64,000 nucleotides of DNA from positions 1 to 64,000 of IMG/VR virus record IMGVR_UViG_2510065010_000001; one strand, given 5' to 3'. The position numbers and the translations under genes were made by a program. Each line of letters opens with the position of its first letter. The first letter of the stretch is position 1. The stretch comes from a virus. Its lineage: Duplodnaviria > Caudoviricetes. Below, piece by piece: positions 40,928 to 51,280 of the stretch. Under the pieces are notes generated by a model. The model had not been told where the DNA came from. It did no database searches and worked only from the letters and a program-made list of their open reading frames with translations.

Positions 40928-41674
40928 ATGAACTTAACAACTCTTCTCAAGCAGGTAGACAAAGGGCTGTATAAACGGGAAGACACTGTTATATCCACTG
41001 AACTAGTTGATTTTTGTCTCTGGTATTCAGAAACTCAACCCAATCTTTACCCTCCAGATTGGCATCGTTGGTTAGGGTCTATTGTGATTGGCTGCTGTAG
41101 AACAGTTTTCTGGCAACAGCTAGATGTTTTGAATGTAACTCACAACTATTACTGCAATCGAAATAAAATAACCAACTTCAGATGTTTCGATCGTGATCAT
41201 TTAGAGTCTTTACATCCGGTGGTGAATTGGTCACATGTCAAGCACGAGGATATTAGGACTTACTTTGAGGAGCGTTATTGCTGTGTTGCGGATACATACA
41301 CAAATCTTAAACAGGTTGAAGAAAAATACCCTGATATTTCTGGAGATTTTCAGCAGCAAGCTGCTTTTTACTTATCAGTAGATGTTTCTGTTATTAACCA
41401 AGCTTGGGGTGATTTTCAGACCTTTCGTAGAGTTCTGGGAAGAGATTTAGGCGAACCTGAAATTATAAATGAAGGAGGTCTAGTCTGTACTATTTACCAA
41501 CCAGGTTATGGTGAAGGGTTTATGTGGTTAGACCAATATAAAAAGAAAATCGGAACATATGCATTGCCCGATTTTCTTTTTGTCAGTATTGTTGGTCAAG
41601 AATATCAGCTATTGAACTTAGATGAGTTTTTTCCTAATTGCGAACTTATTATCGGGGCACTAATGGACAAGTAG
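40928..41674 (+). CDS. Cytoplasmic hypothetical protein (partner 2)
   Basis: PPDWHRWLGSIV..CC resembles PDEWKVWVKDIV..VC of 51281-51964. Confidence 0.65.
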   Translation: MNLTTLLKQVDKGLYKREDTVISTELVDFCLWYSETQPNLYPPDWHRWLGSIVIGCCRTVFWQQLDVLNVTHNYYCNRNKITNFRCFDRDHLESLHPVVNWSHVKHEDIRTYFEERYCCVADTYTNLKQVEEKYPDISGDFQQQAAFYLSVDVSVINQAWGDFQTFRRVLGRDLGEPEIINEGGLVCTIYQPGYGEGFMWLDQYKKKIGTYALPDFLFVSIVGQEYQLLNLDEFFPNCELIIGALMDK

Positions 41675-42305
41675 CAGGTACTTTTGGCATAGTCCCTCGT
41701 GGAGCTGCTTCTGGAAAGCGTTGCTTGATAATGATCGGAGGTGTCTCTCCATCTAAGAAAGTATCAATCTTGTTTCTCAACTGACTAGACCGCCCTAATA
41801 GGTCATCTTCCCACCAGCGTGCTGTAGAACAAGTTGTGGTAGGTGATATATCTGTGCCACGACGCACAACTCGACTTCCACCTTTAGTCCCCGTCTTATA
41901 GTTTTGCCATAAGGCTGTTCCTTGAAACCTCATCCCAACAGGACTTAGAATTGGCTTACTTCCTAACAAAACTGCTCCTAGACCATAAAAACCATACCTA
42001 AAAGGAATTATCATGTCGATGCTGCCTGTAGTTCTGACAGCACCAGCCCACCCTCTACCAGCAAAGATGCTACCTTTTGTTGTTCCTAATTCAAATACAT
42101 TTCTAGGTGCTATCGCGTAGATTGCAAATCCAGCTGATTCATAATTAGTTGGAGTACCGCTTAACGCATACAGAGCTACAGAGCCTCTAGCAACTGTAGG
42201 AGCAATAGCTGTTGCAAGAGTGTCGTCGTCATCTTGAGCGACACCATCAGGAGTTCTCTCCTGAAATAAGAGGTACATTATTGGTTTCTTAGTTTTAGGT
42301 TCTAA
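41649..42305 (-). pseudogene. Secreted two-Cys family paralog 2, N-terminus removed by IS insertion
   Basis: In-frame LEPKTKKPIM up to the IS end; SRVV..DISPTTTC matches SKIV..DLSPSVTC. Confidence 0.7.
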
Positions 42306-43765
42306 TTGACATCTCCCCCTGCTAGAAGCATGGGGATTCTAAACTGATGTTGCTACGGCGGCTATAAGCCGCACTTCGCAACGTTTACGATATGATTTAT
42401 TTAACCTCTTAAACAAGTCATATCGCTGTGGCACTGTCAAAGATGCCCTACCCACCTCGACTAGGTTTAATCCTAGCTGTGTGGCTACTTTTCTCATGAT
42501 GTTGGCACTTCCATTACAATCAGCGTTAATTAAGTGACCATCACGACTTTTATACAATCCACGTTTTACCCGTTGTCCTGACGGTTTCCATCCGTTGGGT
42601 TTTTCACCGTGTTTATGGAGGCTGTCGCCATCTAGGTAAGACACTTTCGATGTGTAAGCTTCTTCAGTAATTGTTAACTGTATTCCGTATTCTGGGCAAA
42701 GTTGTTTTAAGCGCTCAATCAATCTGCCTGTAGGTATGACCACAAAGTTTTGATTTCCACGCTTGCCCATATTGGAGCTATTCTTTTGACCGTCGTTCCA
42801 TCCAATAATCAGATTACCAACTTTATCATTAAGACATTGATTAACAATAAATCTTGCTGCTTTGTTAGTAGCATCCCGCATCTGATTATTACGTTTACGC
42901 TGTACTCGGTCTAAGTTGCTATCCCAATAAAAATCTGACTTCCCTTGTTTGTATTTAGCGACCAGACGGCAGTATCCTTGATTCATTGACTTAAGTTTCC
43001 TGCCATCAATAATCAAGCTTTTACCGCGAGTTGAAACACCTGTTAGCCAGTTAGTACCGCCGTGGTCAAAACTCCAAGCTTGGGAGTAATCAAGATTAGG
43101 ATTAACATCGATTGGTTCTTTGCCATCATCAATAACCCAATCAATCCATAATTCACCCAAATAAGGTCTGACTGTCACCTCTTTAACCCAATCAGAGTCA
43201 ATGAAATCTGGTAAGTGTAAAGTGATTTCAGTTAGTAACTGTGGTTTAGTTTCCTTGCTTATTGAAGGGTAAAAACAACCGTTTTTGTAGGTCAAAGCTT
43301 GACGTGGAAATGTTACTGCTGCTAAACCTCCCTTTTTACGATACTTAGGCAAAGATGGTCTATCAACATCACCTTGATAATATTTTTTGACCAACCCGTT
43401 GTAACTGGTTATTGATTCTCCCACAGTCTTGAGCGTTTGTTGTGCTGACTGTGCAGCCATTGCCTTGTAATGTGGGTTGTCTTTAAGAATTTTATCTAGC
43501 TCTGGGTAAGTAGTTTTGCAATGGTAGGTTTTCCACCCATAACGCAATTCATCACCTTTCCAGTATGTCGTAAAAGCATTTTCGGATTCTTGCAAACTTG
43601 CATAATGGGCTTGCTTTGTCACGTATATGGCGCAATTAATCAAGCTGTTAGCGTGTTCACATTGGTCAACCCAAAAAGCTTTTTCTTCATCGGGGAATTT
43701 AGCTTTTAGCGGTATTGTTCTGTACAACTTGTTATCACCTCCTGTTTAGGAGTATAGGCAACAGA
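42306..43765 (-). mobile_element. IS605-type tnpB-only element; left end not recognisable
   Basis: Right end CCCCATGCTTCTAGCAGGGGGAGATGTCAA. Confidence 0.75.
42339..43727 (-). CDS. tnpB: TnpB (IGWN / EExYTSK subtype)
   Basis: SFDHG, IIGWN, TEEAYTSK and INADCNG. Confidence 0.92.
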   Translation of the reverse strand: MYRTIPLKAKFPDEEKAFWVDQCEHANSLINCAIYVTKQAHYASLQESENAFTTYWKGDELRYGWKTYHCKTTYPELDKILKDNPHYKAMAAQSAQQTLKTVGESITSYNGLVKKYYQGDVDRPSLPKYRKKGGLAAVTFPRQALTYKNGCFYPSISKETKPQLLTEITLHLPDFIDSDWVKEVTVRPYLGELWIDWVIDDGKEPIDVNPNLDYSQAWSFDHGGTNWLTGVSTRGKSLIIDGRKLKSMNQGYCRLVAKYKQGKSDFYWDSNLDRVQRKRNNQMRDATNKAARFIVNQCLNDKVGNLIIGWNDGQKNSSNMGKRGNQNFVVIPTGRLIERLKQLCPEYGIQLTITEEAYTSKVSYLDGDSLHKHGEKPNGWKPSGQRVKRGLYKSRDGHLINADCNGSANIMRKVATQLGLNLVEVGRASLTVPQRYDLFKRLNKSYRKRCEVRLIAAVATSV

Positions 43766-44278
43766 CTGGTAATACTCCAGTCTCTTTTCATCGAACGCAA
43801 TGTCTGCTTCTTTTACACTAACCAAGCTAAATCCTCTATATTTAATCAGACGGTCTTCACCTTCTTCAAAACAAAAGGTATTAGCATTGTCATTTGAAAA
43901 AGGTGTTCCAGTCCAAATTGGATTTCCGTCATCGTCTTCGCCATCTAAATAAGTGCAGGCGATCGACTTGGCGTAATCTTCAGCTAGAGCTGAGTTTGGA
44001 CAGTTAAATGTAATTGCATCGTCATACTCGTGCTCTCCATCAATTATTGTGACTCGAAGCTCGTAGTTAGTTGACTTGCCAGCTTCTTGTTCTAGATGCT
44101 CTATGTAGCCACACAGTCCAAGGCTGTACTCATGGAGTAATCTAATCTGATAGACCAGTTCTTCACCAGATTGACTATTTTTACCATTGATACCATTGCA
44201 CAGTTGTGCAGATAGCTCGTGTATTTTTACAACATCCTTCTTGATGTACTGAAAGTCTTGTTCGTTTAGAGTTATCAT
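43706..44278 (-). CDS. Hypothetical protein whose 3' end runs into the tnpB leader
   Basis: 190-aa acidic ORF. Confidence 0.6.
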   Translation of the reverse strand: MITLNEQDFQYIKKDVVKIHELSAQLCNGINGKNSQSGEELVYQIRLLHEYSLGLCGYIEHLEQEAGKSTNYELRVTIIDGEHEYDDAITFNCPNSALAEDYAKSIACTYLDGEDDDGNPIWTGTPFSNDNANTFCFEEGEDRLIKYRGFSLVSVKEADIAFDEKRLEYYQSVAYTPKQEVITSCTEQYR

Positions 44279-44289
44279 TGTTACTTCTG

Positions 44290-44505
44290 CTAGAAGTTAA
44301 ACAGCAAGGTGAAACCTGCTTTCTTAGTCGCCTTCAAAACAGCATTCGGGTGCTGGTTTCCACCTCTTAGCTCTTTTAGAATTTTGTCTTCAACTTTTTT
44401 GTCGTAAATTTTGTCCCCGGAAGCCATTGCATTTCCGCGAACAGGTGTATCTTCTTCGATGGCTTTTACACTAATCTGAACTTCTCCAATTTTTTCAATG
44501 TGCAT
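44290..44505 (-). CDS. Phage-type hypothetical protein, probably truncated
   Basis: EDTPVRGNAMASGD motif. Confidence 0.5.
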   Translation of the reverse strand: MHIEKIGEVQISVKAIEEDTPVRGNAMASGDKIYDKKVEDKILKELRGGNQHPNAVLKATKKAGFTLLFNF

Positions 44506-44670
44506 ATAGGGTTTAAGTCAAGTTGCAAATAACTAAGTAGCGTTATGTTCATATGAAAATAACTTATGAAGGCGTTTAACTCCTTCAAGGTCAGTAGTGG
44601 TGCTGACTGTTATGCGATTGTTTTCAACCTTAAACTGACAACTTCCCACGGCTAGAAGCCAGGGGGTTCT

Positions 44671-46227
44671 TTAGGTTATCGGTTTCTCCCTCAGGCTCTC
44701 GCACGAAGCTACAGCATCCTGGGTCTTAAAATCTTCCCCTAAAGCTTTCGAGACGACCCTCTCCGACGCAGCGTTGTCACTACGTTGACAAACCATCGGT
44801 TTGCCGATTGAAGATTGGTTATAGCGCGTGGTCGCCTGTTGCCAAGCCTTCATCAGGATGGTGTCCCAACCTTGACCCCAGACTTGATTGGCTAGAGTCG
44901 CATTGAAACAGGCGGTTTCAAGATCCACAAATTGACCCAAGAATCCGCTAAACAGATCCCGTTGGGCAATAATGCCGCACTCACAGCGATGCACTCGCAT
45001 TGAGAGCGGCTTTTTGTGGATTCGACCACAGAGACAACGTTGAGATAGCTTGGTTTCCCTGGTTGGAAACTCAAATACAGTGGCTGACGCAGCAGTTTCA
45101 GCTATCCGTCGCAACCGCTCAACAAACATACCGGGGGCACGTCTGCCCACCGACTTTCCGTACATCCTTTGGAAGGCTCTGTACGAAAGCTTTTCTAGCT
45201 TCACCACATTGCCCAAACTGAACACTTCATGGGCGAGTTGATTTTGCAAACTTTTTCGATGTGCCGTCAGTTGACGCTCAATCTCTGCCTTCGAGGAGCG
45301 GGTTTTGAGATAGGTCTTGGAGTGCTGCCAACGCTTTGAACCTTTCTTGACTTTCCCTTTCTTCTTACGCCCCTTAGCATCGACAAAATTAGGTTCAAAG
45401 TTGTCTGGGTTGTTGGCTCTGCGTTGCCGCTCCATTTTGCGCTGCAATCGTCGAACCTCTCTATCCTTGTTCGCCAGTTCATCGCAGAACGGTTTTAATT
45501 CGGCTTGCTCATTGCCAACAATCGCAATGGTGGATGTGCCGATGTCCAGTCCGACAACGCCTTCTCCCATTTGATGCTTGGGCTTCTGAAAAGGCTTCCC
45601 TTCGTTGATGAGTTGTACGTAAAACAGGTTTTGTCCTCTGACCTTACGACGCACCAGACGAACGTATTTAACTGGACTATTTAGCCCGTGCAGGATGACC
45701 GGATCATTCTGATCAATCAGTGGATTCAGAACCAGTCCCGACCAATGGACTTGCTCATTCCTCCAACGAATTCCGGTTGTGTTGGTCTTCCCTTCTAGGC
45801 TATCAAGCTGATTTTTGCTCTTGAAGCGAACCTTCCTGGCTTTGCCGAAATTGACTCGCTCTGTTGCCTGAAATGCGCGAGTTGCAAGTTTCTGAGCGGT
45901 GTTGGCATCAATATGTTTGGCAATCCATCCACCTCCACCATTGCGGATTTCGGTTGCATAGGCATGGAGCGCATATTCGGTATAACCTACAAATTCCCGT
46001 GCGGTCTGAAAGGCTTTGGTTCGCTCTTTCCCTTTCGATAAGGTCTTAGCAAACTGGTACAGCTTCGATTGCTTGTAGAGTCCCAATCGCTTCACCGATT
46101 CTCCCAGGCAGGCGTTATAGAGTTGACGACCAGCTTCTAACCGAGCCAACAAGACTCGCGCCTCTGATGGACTAACCACTAGAGGAATGTCGGTTACAAA
46201 GCTGGGTGTTTTTGCTCTTTTTGCCAT
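44671..46227 (-). CDS. tnpB: TnpB, 518 aa, with intact D-E-D triad
   Basis: GLDIG, LEKL, CLC..CEC and QRDLFS. Confidence 0.9.
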   Translation of the reverse strand: MAKRAKTPSFVTDIPLVVSPSEARVLLARLEAGRQLYNACLGESVKRLGLYKQSKLYQFAKTLSKGKERTKAFQTAREFVGYTEYALHAYATEIRNGGGGWIAKHIDANTAQKLATRAFQATERVNFGKARKVRFKSKNQLDSLEGKTNTTGIRWRNEQVHWSGLVLNPLIDQNDPVILHGLNSPVKYVRLVRRKVRGQNLFYVQLINEGKPFQKPKHQMGEGVVGLDIGTSTIAIVGNEQAELKPFCDELANKDREVRRLQRKMERQRRANNPDNFEPNFVDAKGRKKKGKVKKGSKRWQHSKTYLKTRSSKAEIERQLTAHRKSLQNQLAHEVFSLGNVVKLEKLSYRAFQRMYGKSVGRRAPGMFVERLRRIAETAASATVFEFPTRETKLSQRCLCGRIHKKPLSMRVHRCECGIIAQRDLFSGFLGQFVDLETACFNATLANQVWGQGWDTILMKAWQQATTRYNQSSIGKPMVCQRSDNAASERVVSKALGEDFKTQDAVASCESLREKPIT

Positions 46228-46229
46228 CT

Positions 46230-46478
46230 CTATCCAGGGAAAGAATCTGAAAAGTAGCGGTTATAAGCGATGCGATCATACTGCCCAAAGTTTTTGGGAT
46301 TCTGTTTCAGGACGTTGAGATGCTGACCGTACTTCAGCCTGTACCCGTTTGGCAGTTGAATCTCAAACCGCCGAGAAAGCTTGCCTAAAAATACAAGTTG
46401 TTGCCACCTATCCTGTGTCATCGGGCTGGGGAATACGGCAATTAAATCACCTCGTTTGTTGCGCCGAATCACATTCAT
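46230..46478 (-). CDS. Cargo hypothetical protein
   Basis: Coupled between cargo ORF 1 and tnpB. Confidence 0.6.
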   Translation of the reverse strand: MNVIRRNKRGDLIAVFPSPMTQDRWQQLVFLGKLSRRFEIQLPNGYRLKYGQHLNVLKQNPKNFGQYDRIAYNRYFSDSFPG

Positions 46479-46942
46479 TCGCTGATCATCTCCCCTTCAA
46501 ACTTGCGCTCACGCAACATCACGTTTACCCGGTCAATTAAGCCTCTACGTTTTGCTTCTTTCTTAACCTCTTTAGACTCTTCGATGCACATTTCCTCTTC
46601 AATCCCATAGACCGCTTCTTGAAACTGCTTGTTGATGCGTATCCAGTCATCTGCTAGTTCTCGCGTTTTGACTTCTTGCGGATCAAGTTTTTGATGTCCA
46701 GATGCCTGCATCAAACCAGTAACCTTTTGCTTGTTCCACCTGAAAAACGGAGTCCCATCTTTGAGCGGAGTTGACTTGCAGAACTCCTCAGATAAAGCTT
46801 GCTCAGTGGGCTTGCCATCCTCAGAGCGTAATCCCAACTCTTTCAGCTTCTTTCCAATTGCCACAGCCGACAGTCCAAACTGCTTTCCGAGCGTGGTTTG
46901 ATTGACCCAGGCATCTGAAAATTTCTGTTTCTTTTTGCCCAT
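46475..46942 (-). CDS. Cargo protein with HTH-like N-terminus
   Basis: NQTTLGKQFGLSAVAIGKKL..G...PT..A...WN resembles antirepressor-type DNA-binding domains. Confidence 0.65.
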   Translation of the reverse strand: MGKKKQKFSDAWVNQTTLGKQFGLSAVAIGKKLKELGLRSEDGKPTEQALSEEFCKSTPLKDGTPFFRWNKQKVTGLMQASGHQKLDPQEVKTRELADDWIRINKQFQEAVYGIEEEMCIEESKEVKKEAKRRGLIDRVNVMLRERKFEGEMISE

Positions 46943-47001
46943 ACCGCGATTCCACTATAAGATCATTAGGTATCTATATGTATAGCGCATTGTATAGCGA
47001 T

Positions 47002-47151
47002 ATGGCAAGAACAAATACACTACCAATTCGATTAACAGACTTGGAGTTAGCAAAGCTAAAGGCTGAGGCAGAACGACAAGACATCTCAATGTCAGAAGTG
47101 ATTAGAGCCTGGATTAACGTCTTGCCTGAACCAGACGGGAAACGTCGATAA
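47002..47151 (+). CDS. Ribbon-helix-helix (CopG) protein, 49 aa, not in the ORF track
   Basis: MARTNTLPIRLTDLELAKLKAEAERQDISMSEVIRAWI. Confidence 0.8.
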   Translation: MARTNTLPIRLTDLELAKLKAEAERQDISMSEVIRAWINVLPEPDGKRR

Positions 47152-47419
47152 GCGAATACTCTGCCGACCTCCGGGGCATCGAACCCCATCGGTCGGCGCG
47201 GGAGGGTTCCGCTTCCTCACCCGTGTCTAAAGCCAGGGGCATCCGCGTTCCCTCCCCAGCCCTCCCATTTCCGGTGACAAAATACTAAAAAATTTCTCAA
47301 CTACTTAACAGTTTCGTAGGGAGTTTGCATCTTTCTGCATTAGTACTGAACAAAATATTGAACACCTTGCGCGCAGATAAACAATCTATGGTTGTTGCAG
47401 CTCTGTTCAACACTTTTTT

Positions 47420-48178
47420 ATGAAACCAATATTAAAAAGGTTTTTCTGTTTCTTAGCTCTTCTCGTTACTCTCTCGAACCTTGGAACTTTACCTTCTCTG
47501 GCAGGCTCGGTACCTGTACAATTTGCCACTACCAGTGGTAACGAAGCAAGCGGGTACTTTGGTTGTGTGATCGAGAGTAAAACTAAACGCCCGGTTTTTG
47601 GAACTATTCTTCATGCTTCTCCAACACCCAGCAGTGTTGGAGGTAGTGGTAAAAACCTTTTAAGCGCTATCAAAGGTAGCGTTTTATTTACTACTAACAA
47701 TATAACTGAGAGAGTACAGCTTAGACCTCTGTCCCAGACGATCAAATACGGTCAATCTTTTGGGTTTTCCGTGCGTATCCCTGATGGAGGCTTGGCTTTG
47801 GTTGCTGTGGGTAGACCCGTAACTGCTTTAACTTCCTATAAGTTAGATGCAAAACTCTTTTGGGTTGACCGAGCAGTGAACCCGATTCGTCCGAGAAATT
47901 CACAACTGGTTACAGTGGATATAGACGGAAAAACTCCAACTCGTTTGTTACCTAGCGGCATTTGCGTCGATGAATCCAAATTTGATGACCAGGACAACCT
48001 TAAAATCTTTAACTGGGGCTGGCAATCTATAAAGGCTCGAATCTCTCAATACTCGCTATCTAACGATAACTTAAGAGATGGATTTTTCGGATTTGTTCTT
48101 GGAGTTGGTGAAGTACTCCGCTGTCTTTTCGGTGGATGTAGTATTGAAAGACCTGGCGGATTTCAGTTTTCACCTTGA
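47420..48178 (+). CDS. Secreted two-Cys family protein, paralog 3
   Basis: Signal peptide; GYFGCVIESKTKRP...PSGIC. Confidence 0.7.
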   Translation: MKPILKRFFCFLALLVTLSNLGTLPSLAGSVPVQFATTSGNEASGYFGCVIESKTKRPVFGTILHASPTPSSVGGSGKNLLSAIKGSVLFTTNNITERVQLRPLSQTIKYGQSFGFSVRIPDGGLALVAVGRPVTALTSYKLDAKLFWVDRAVNPIRPRNSQLVTVDIDGKTPTRLLPSGICVDESKFDDQDNLKIFNWGWQSIKARISQYSLSNDNLRDGFFGFVLGVGEVLRCLFGGCSIERPGGFQFSP

Positions 48179-48643
48179 ATTTACGCTAGTAGCGTAAGAG
48201 AGCCACACCTGAATTAAATCTTCATTACTAACTAAACCACTCGTCAGACTACCAACCTTGCTATTTGCATCTCTTACAATTAAAGGTTTGTTCTTTAACA
48301 AACAAGGATGCACCCCGCACAAGTCTGTTAGTTCTACGCCATCTGAGCCAAATAGTGTATAGATTACTATTTCAAACTCAGGTGGCGTTTTTAGTCCACC
48401 CACTGCATCAACTAAATCACTAATAAGTGGGTCTTCGAGATTAGGCTCTAATGAGTCAGGGCAGATTATTAGCTCATTTATTTCTTTGTTTAGCCCTAAC
48501 GCACGACGATTAAGCTCGTCCGTCGTTAGCTCCTCATTTATTAAGCTTAACAACTTTGGTAAGTTAACTAAACTAGCCTCAGTTGGCGAGACTAGATGCT
48601 GGTTATTTTCTGCAAAACGGAATAGATCTTTTAACGTTTCCAC
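48170..48643 (-). CDS. Acidic cytoplasmic hypothetical protein (partner 3)
   Basis: Convergent with paralog 3, overlapping its stop. Confidence 0.6.
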   Translation of the reverse strand: METLKDLFRFAENNQHLVSPTEASLVNLPKLLSLINEELTTDELNRRALGLNKEINELIICPDSLEPNLEDPLISDLVDAVGGLKTPPEFEIVIYTLFGSDGVELTDLCGVHPCLLKNKPLIVRDANSKVGSLTSGLVSNEDLIQVWLSYATSVNSR

Positions 48644-48764
48644 GAGTTTTGCTCAACAAATGCAAAAAAATACTTGACCACCTTAGTCAAACACCATCGG
48701 CAGTCAAGCATTCATAATTTTCTTGTCTTTACTGTATCACATCTTAAGAGTTTTTGGAGGTTGG

Positions 48765-48935
48765 TCAGACTGATATAAACCAGTCCATCCAATACTGGAT
48801 GAACTCTTCAGACTTTTCAAGTTGTTTCAGTTTTGTTGCTACTCCTTCTTCTATAGCAAGGGCAGTTTCCGCAAACCCAGTACCCAGAACAAGCATTAAG
48901 AGTAATGCCACTAATATCTTTTTTATCCTTTTCAT
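48765..48935 (-). CDS. 56-aa secreted peptide, not in the ORF track
   Basis: MKRIKKILVALLLMLVLGTGFAETALA signal peptide followed by a 29-aa mature peptide. Confidence 0.55.
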   Translation of the reverse strand: MKRIKKILVALLLMLVLGTGFAETALAIEEGVATKLKQLEKSEEFIQYWMDWFISV

Positions 48936-49294
48936 TGAAAAATCTCTCTGTTAATAAGCCAAGTCTACAAAGAGGAATATTTTCTTTTGAGTTTGAATTA
49001 TTAATTTTGGCTGTAAACCTGAAAATTTTTTCTAAAAGAAATCCCCTCAGGATTACTCCATCGGGGATTTGTAGGTTAAGCAAGAAGTTCAGTCCTTCTC
49101 ACTCAAATTCTAGCAAATGCTGGCTTGTTAGACTTCAAACGCTTGGGAATGCTTTTGAACTTTTAACCCTGGCGTTCCCCATTTTTCACAAGCTATATAC
49201 TGTTCTGTGTACTCTTTCCGGTGTTGCACCGAGGTGTAAAAGTTAATGTTGACTTCTCCGCCATTTGAAAAAGGCGGATTCTAAGCGGATGTTG

Positions 49295-50677
49295 CTACGC
49301 GCTCTGAAGAGACGCTTCGCAACGCTTACGATATGATTTCTTCAATCCCTTGAATAGATCGTATCGTTTTGGCAGAGTCAAAACTGCCCTAACGGACTCG
49401 GTTAGAACGATGCCTAACTGTGCCGATACCTTTCTGAGGATATTAGCCGCTCCATTGCAATCTGCATTAATCAGAATGCTTTGAGCGGTTTTGTATTGCC
49501 CCCGTTTGATGCGCTTTCCCGATGGTTTCCAGCTTGCGGGTTTTTCACCGTATGTTGGCAAGAAATCCTCATCAATGAATGACGCTTTCGATGTGTACGA
49601 TTCTTCAGTTTCAGTAAACTGAATGCCGCTTTCTTCGCACAGTTGCTTAATGCGATTCTTCAATCGCGATGTGGGAATCTGCACAAATTCTTGATTGTTC
49701 TTCGCACCGATATTGATTCCGTCTTTGTTGCCTTCATTCCAACCGAAAACGACATGACCGATACGGTTTTCGAGGCAGTGATTGATTACTAATCTTGCTG
49801 CTTTGTTAATCGCATCTCTAATTTGACGGTTACGTTTTTCGGTGATTCTAGCTAACTCGAAATCCCAGTATTTAGCAGGCTTGCCAGTCTTGAGAGAGGC
49901 AACGCGGCGATTGTAATTCTGGTTAATCGATTTGAGCTTGCGTCCGTCAACGATGAAACTTTTACCGCGTGTTGAGACACAGGTTAACCAGTTTGATAGA
50001 CCTGGATCAATCCCTAGCGCTTGAGTTGAATCTAATCCTAAGTGACAGGTTGCGCCATCGTTACCATGCTTATAAACGTACTCAGCATAGAATTCGTTGT
50101 TTCTGGGCAGAATTCGCAACTCTACAATTTGATCTGCTTTGATGCCAAAAGCACCATTGATTCTAAGCTCTGACAATCCGAAATGTTCTTTGACAGACGC
50201 GGCATTTTCTTGGCTAATCGGGATTCTGCATTCACCCGTTTCGATATCGAACTGCAACGCCTGTGCAGGAAACGTAATCGGAGCTAAACCGCCTTTTGTC
50301 CGATAATTCGGCATTCTGGGCTTATCAACTTCACCCTTAAAGAACAGTTGCAGCAACTTGTTGAAACTGGTGAAAGACTCAGAAACGCTCTTTAACGTCT
50401 GTTGAGCGCATTGACCGCCTAGCACCTTGTAATGCGGATTGTCTTTCATGACGCTGCACAGATGAGCGTATGGTGCTTTTACCGTTTTCGTTTTGAACTC
50501 AGAGCGGTAAAAGCCATTTGCATCAAAGAATTCAACCCGTGGGCAATCCTCAAAATGAGATTGACGCACTTCAAACAAAGTGGAGTTAATCAAGCTGTTT
50601 GAATGTTGGCACTGATGCACCAAATACGCCATTACTTCGTCCGAAACATTGAGTTTAACTTGAATCGTGCCGTACAT
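49295..50677 (-). CDS. tnpB: TnpB (FGWN / EESYTSK subtype)
   Basis: GIDPG, VFGWN, TEESYTSK and INADCNG. Confidence 0.92.
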   Translation of the reverse strand: MYGTIQVKLNVSDEVMAYLVHQCQHSNSLINSTLFEVRQSHFEDCPRVEFFDANGFYRSEFKTKTVKAPYAHLCSVMKDNPHYKVLGGQCAQQTLKSVSESFTSFNKLLQLFFKGEVDKPRMPNYRTKGGLAPITFPAQALQFDIETGECRIPISQENAASVKEHFGLSELRINGAFGIKADQIVELRILPRNNEFYAEYVYKHGNDGATCHLGLDSTQALGIDPGLSNWLTCVSTRGKSFIVDGRKLKSINQNYNRRVASLKTGKPAKYWDFELARITEKRNRQIRDAINKAARLVINHCLENRIGHVVFGWNEGNKDGINIGAKNNQEFVQIPTSRLKNRIKQLCEESGIQFTETEESYTSKASFIDEDFLPTYGEKPASWKPSGKRIKRGQYKTAQSILINADCNGAANILRKVSAQLGIVLTESVRAVLTLPKRYDLFKGLKKSYRKRCEASLQSA

Positions 50678-50738
50678 TCTGAATCACCTCCTGTATTCTA
50701 GTACAATATTAACAACGCGGTCTAACAATAAAATCCAT

Positions 50739-51149
50739 ATGAAGTTATCACCCAAAGATTACGAATACCGTCGCACTGAAGGATCTGTGTCCTCAATCAA
50801 CTATCACTTCATCTCTGTCCCTAAACGGCGTAAAGCGGTTCTTGTTCAAGATGTGGCGAAACGATTGCAAGAAATTATCTTTGAGTTAGTCACTGAGCAT
50901 AACTGGAGACTGATTGCGCTCGAAATTATGCCGGATCACGTTCATATGCTCAATAACGCTCCGACCGATGAATCAGCAGCACAGATAGCTAGATGGGTTA
51001 AAGGCAGAGCGGCTAGGATATTGAGGTTAGAATTTCCGCAACTTAAAAAACTACCATGTCTGTGGAGTCCCAGTTACTTTGTTGCAACCACTGGGCAAGT
51101 CAGCACAGACACGGTGATGAAATACATTGAGAACCAACGGAATAAATAA
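50739..51149 (+). CDS. tnpA: IS200-family Y1 transposase
   Basis: YHF..PKRR, MPDHVH, LWSPSYF and YIENQ. Confidence 0.93.
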   Translation: MKLSPKDYEYRRTEGSVSSINYHFISVPKRRKAVLVQDVAKRLQEIIFELVTEHNWRLIALEIMPDHVHMLNNAPTDESAAQIARWVKGRAARILRLEFPQLKKLPCLWSPSYFVATTGQVSTDTVMKYIENQRNK

Positions 51150-51280
51150 CCCGGACACACAGAGGGCTAAAGCCCGTTGTTAGCTTTCACCCCTCGATTA
51201 GAAATCGAAGGCTCTCAGCATGATTCAGGTAGGTTTGTAAAACCGGACCCACGGACAGGCTGAATGTATCTTTATTGGTT

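Larger units (their letters stand above)
44635..47275 (-). mobile_element. IS605-derived element: RHH + two cargo ORFs + tnpB, no tnpA
   Basis: Right end CCCCCTGGCTTCTAGCCGTGGGAAGTTGTCA; related left-end hairpin CTAAAGCCAGGGG near 47227; left limit approximate. Confidence 0.75.
49249..51237. mobile_element. Complete IS605-group element (divergent tnpA and tnpB)
   Basis: Right end CCGCCTTTTTCAAATGGCGGAGAAGTCAA; left-end hairpin TCGATTAGAAATCGA near 51194. Confidence 0.88.

Noticed and set aside
48817-49246. ORFs 48817-49083 and 48905-49246
   Set aside because: They show no recognisable features, and the overlapping 56-aa signal-peptide ORF is more plausible.
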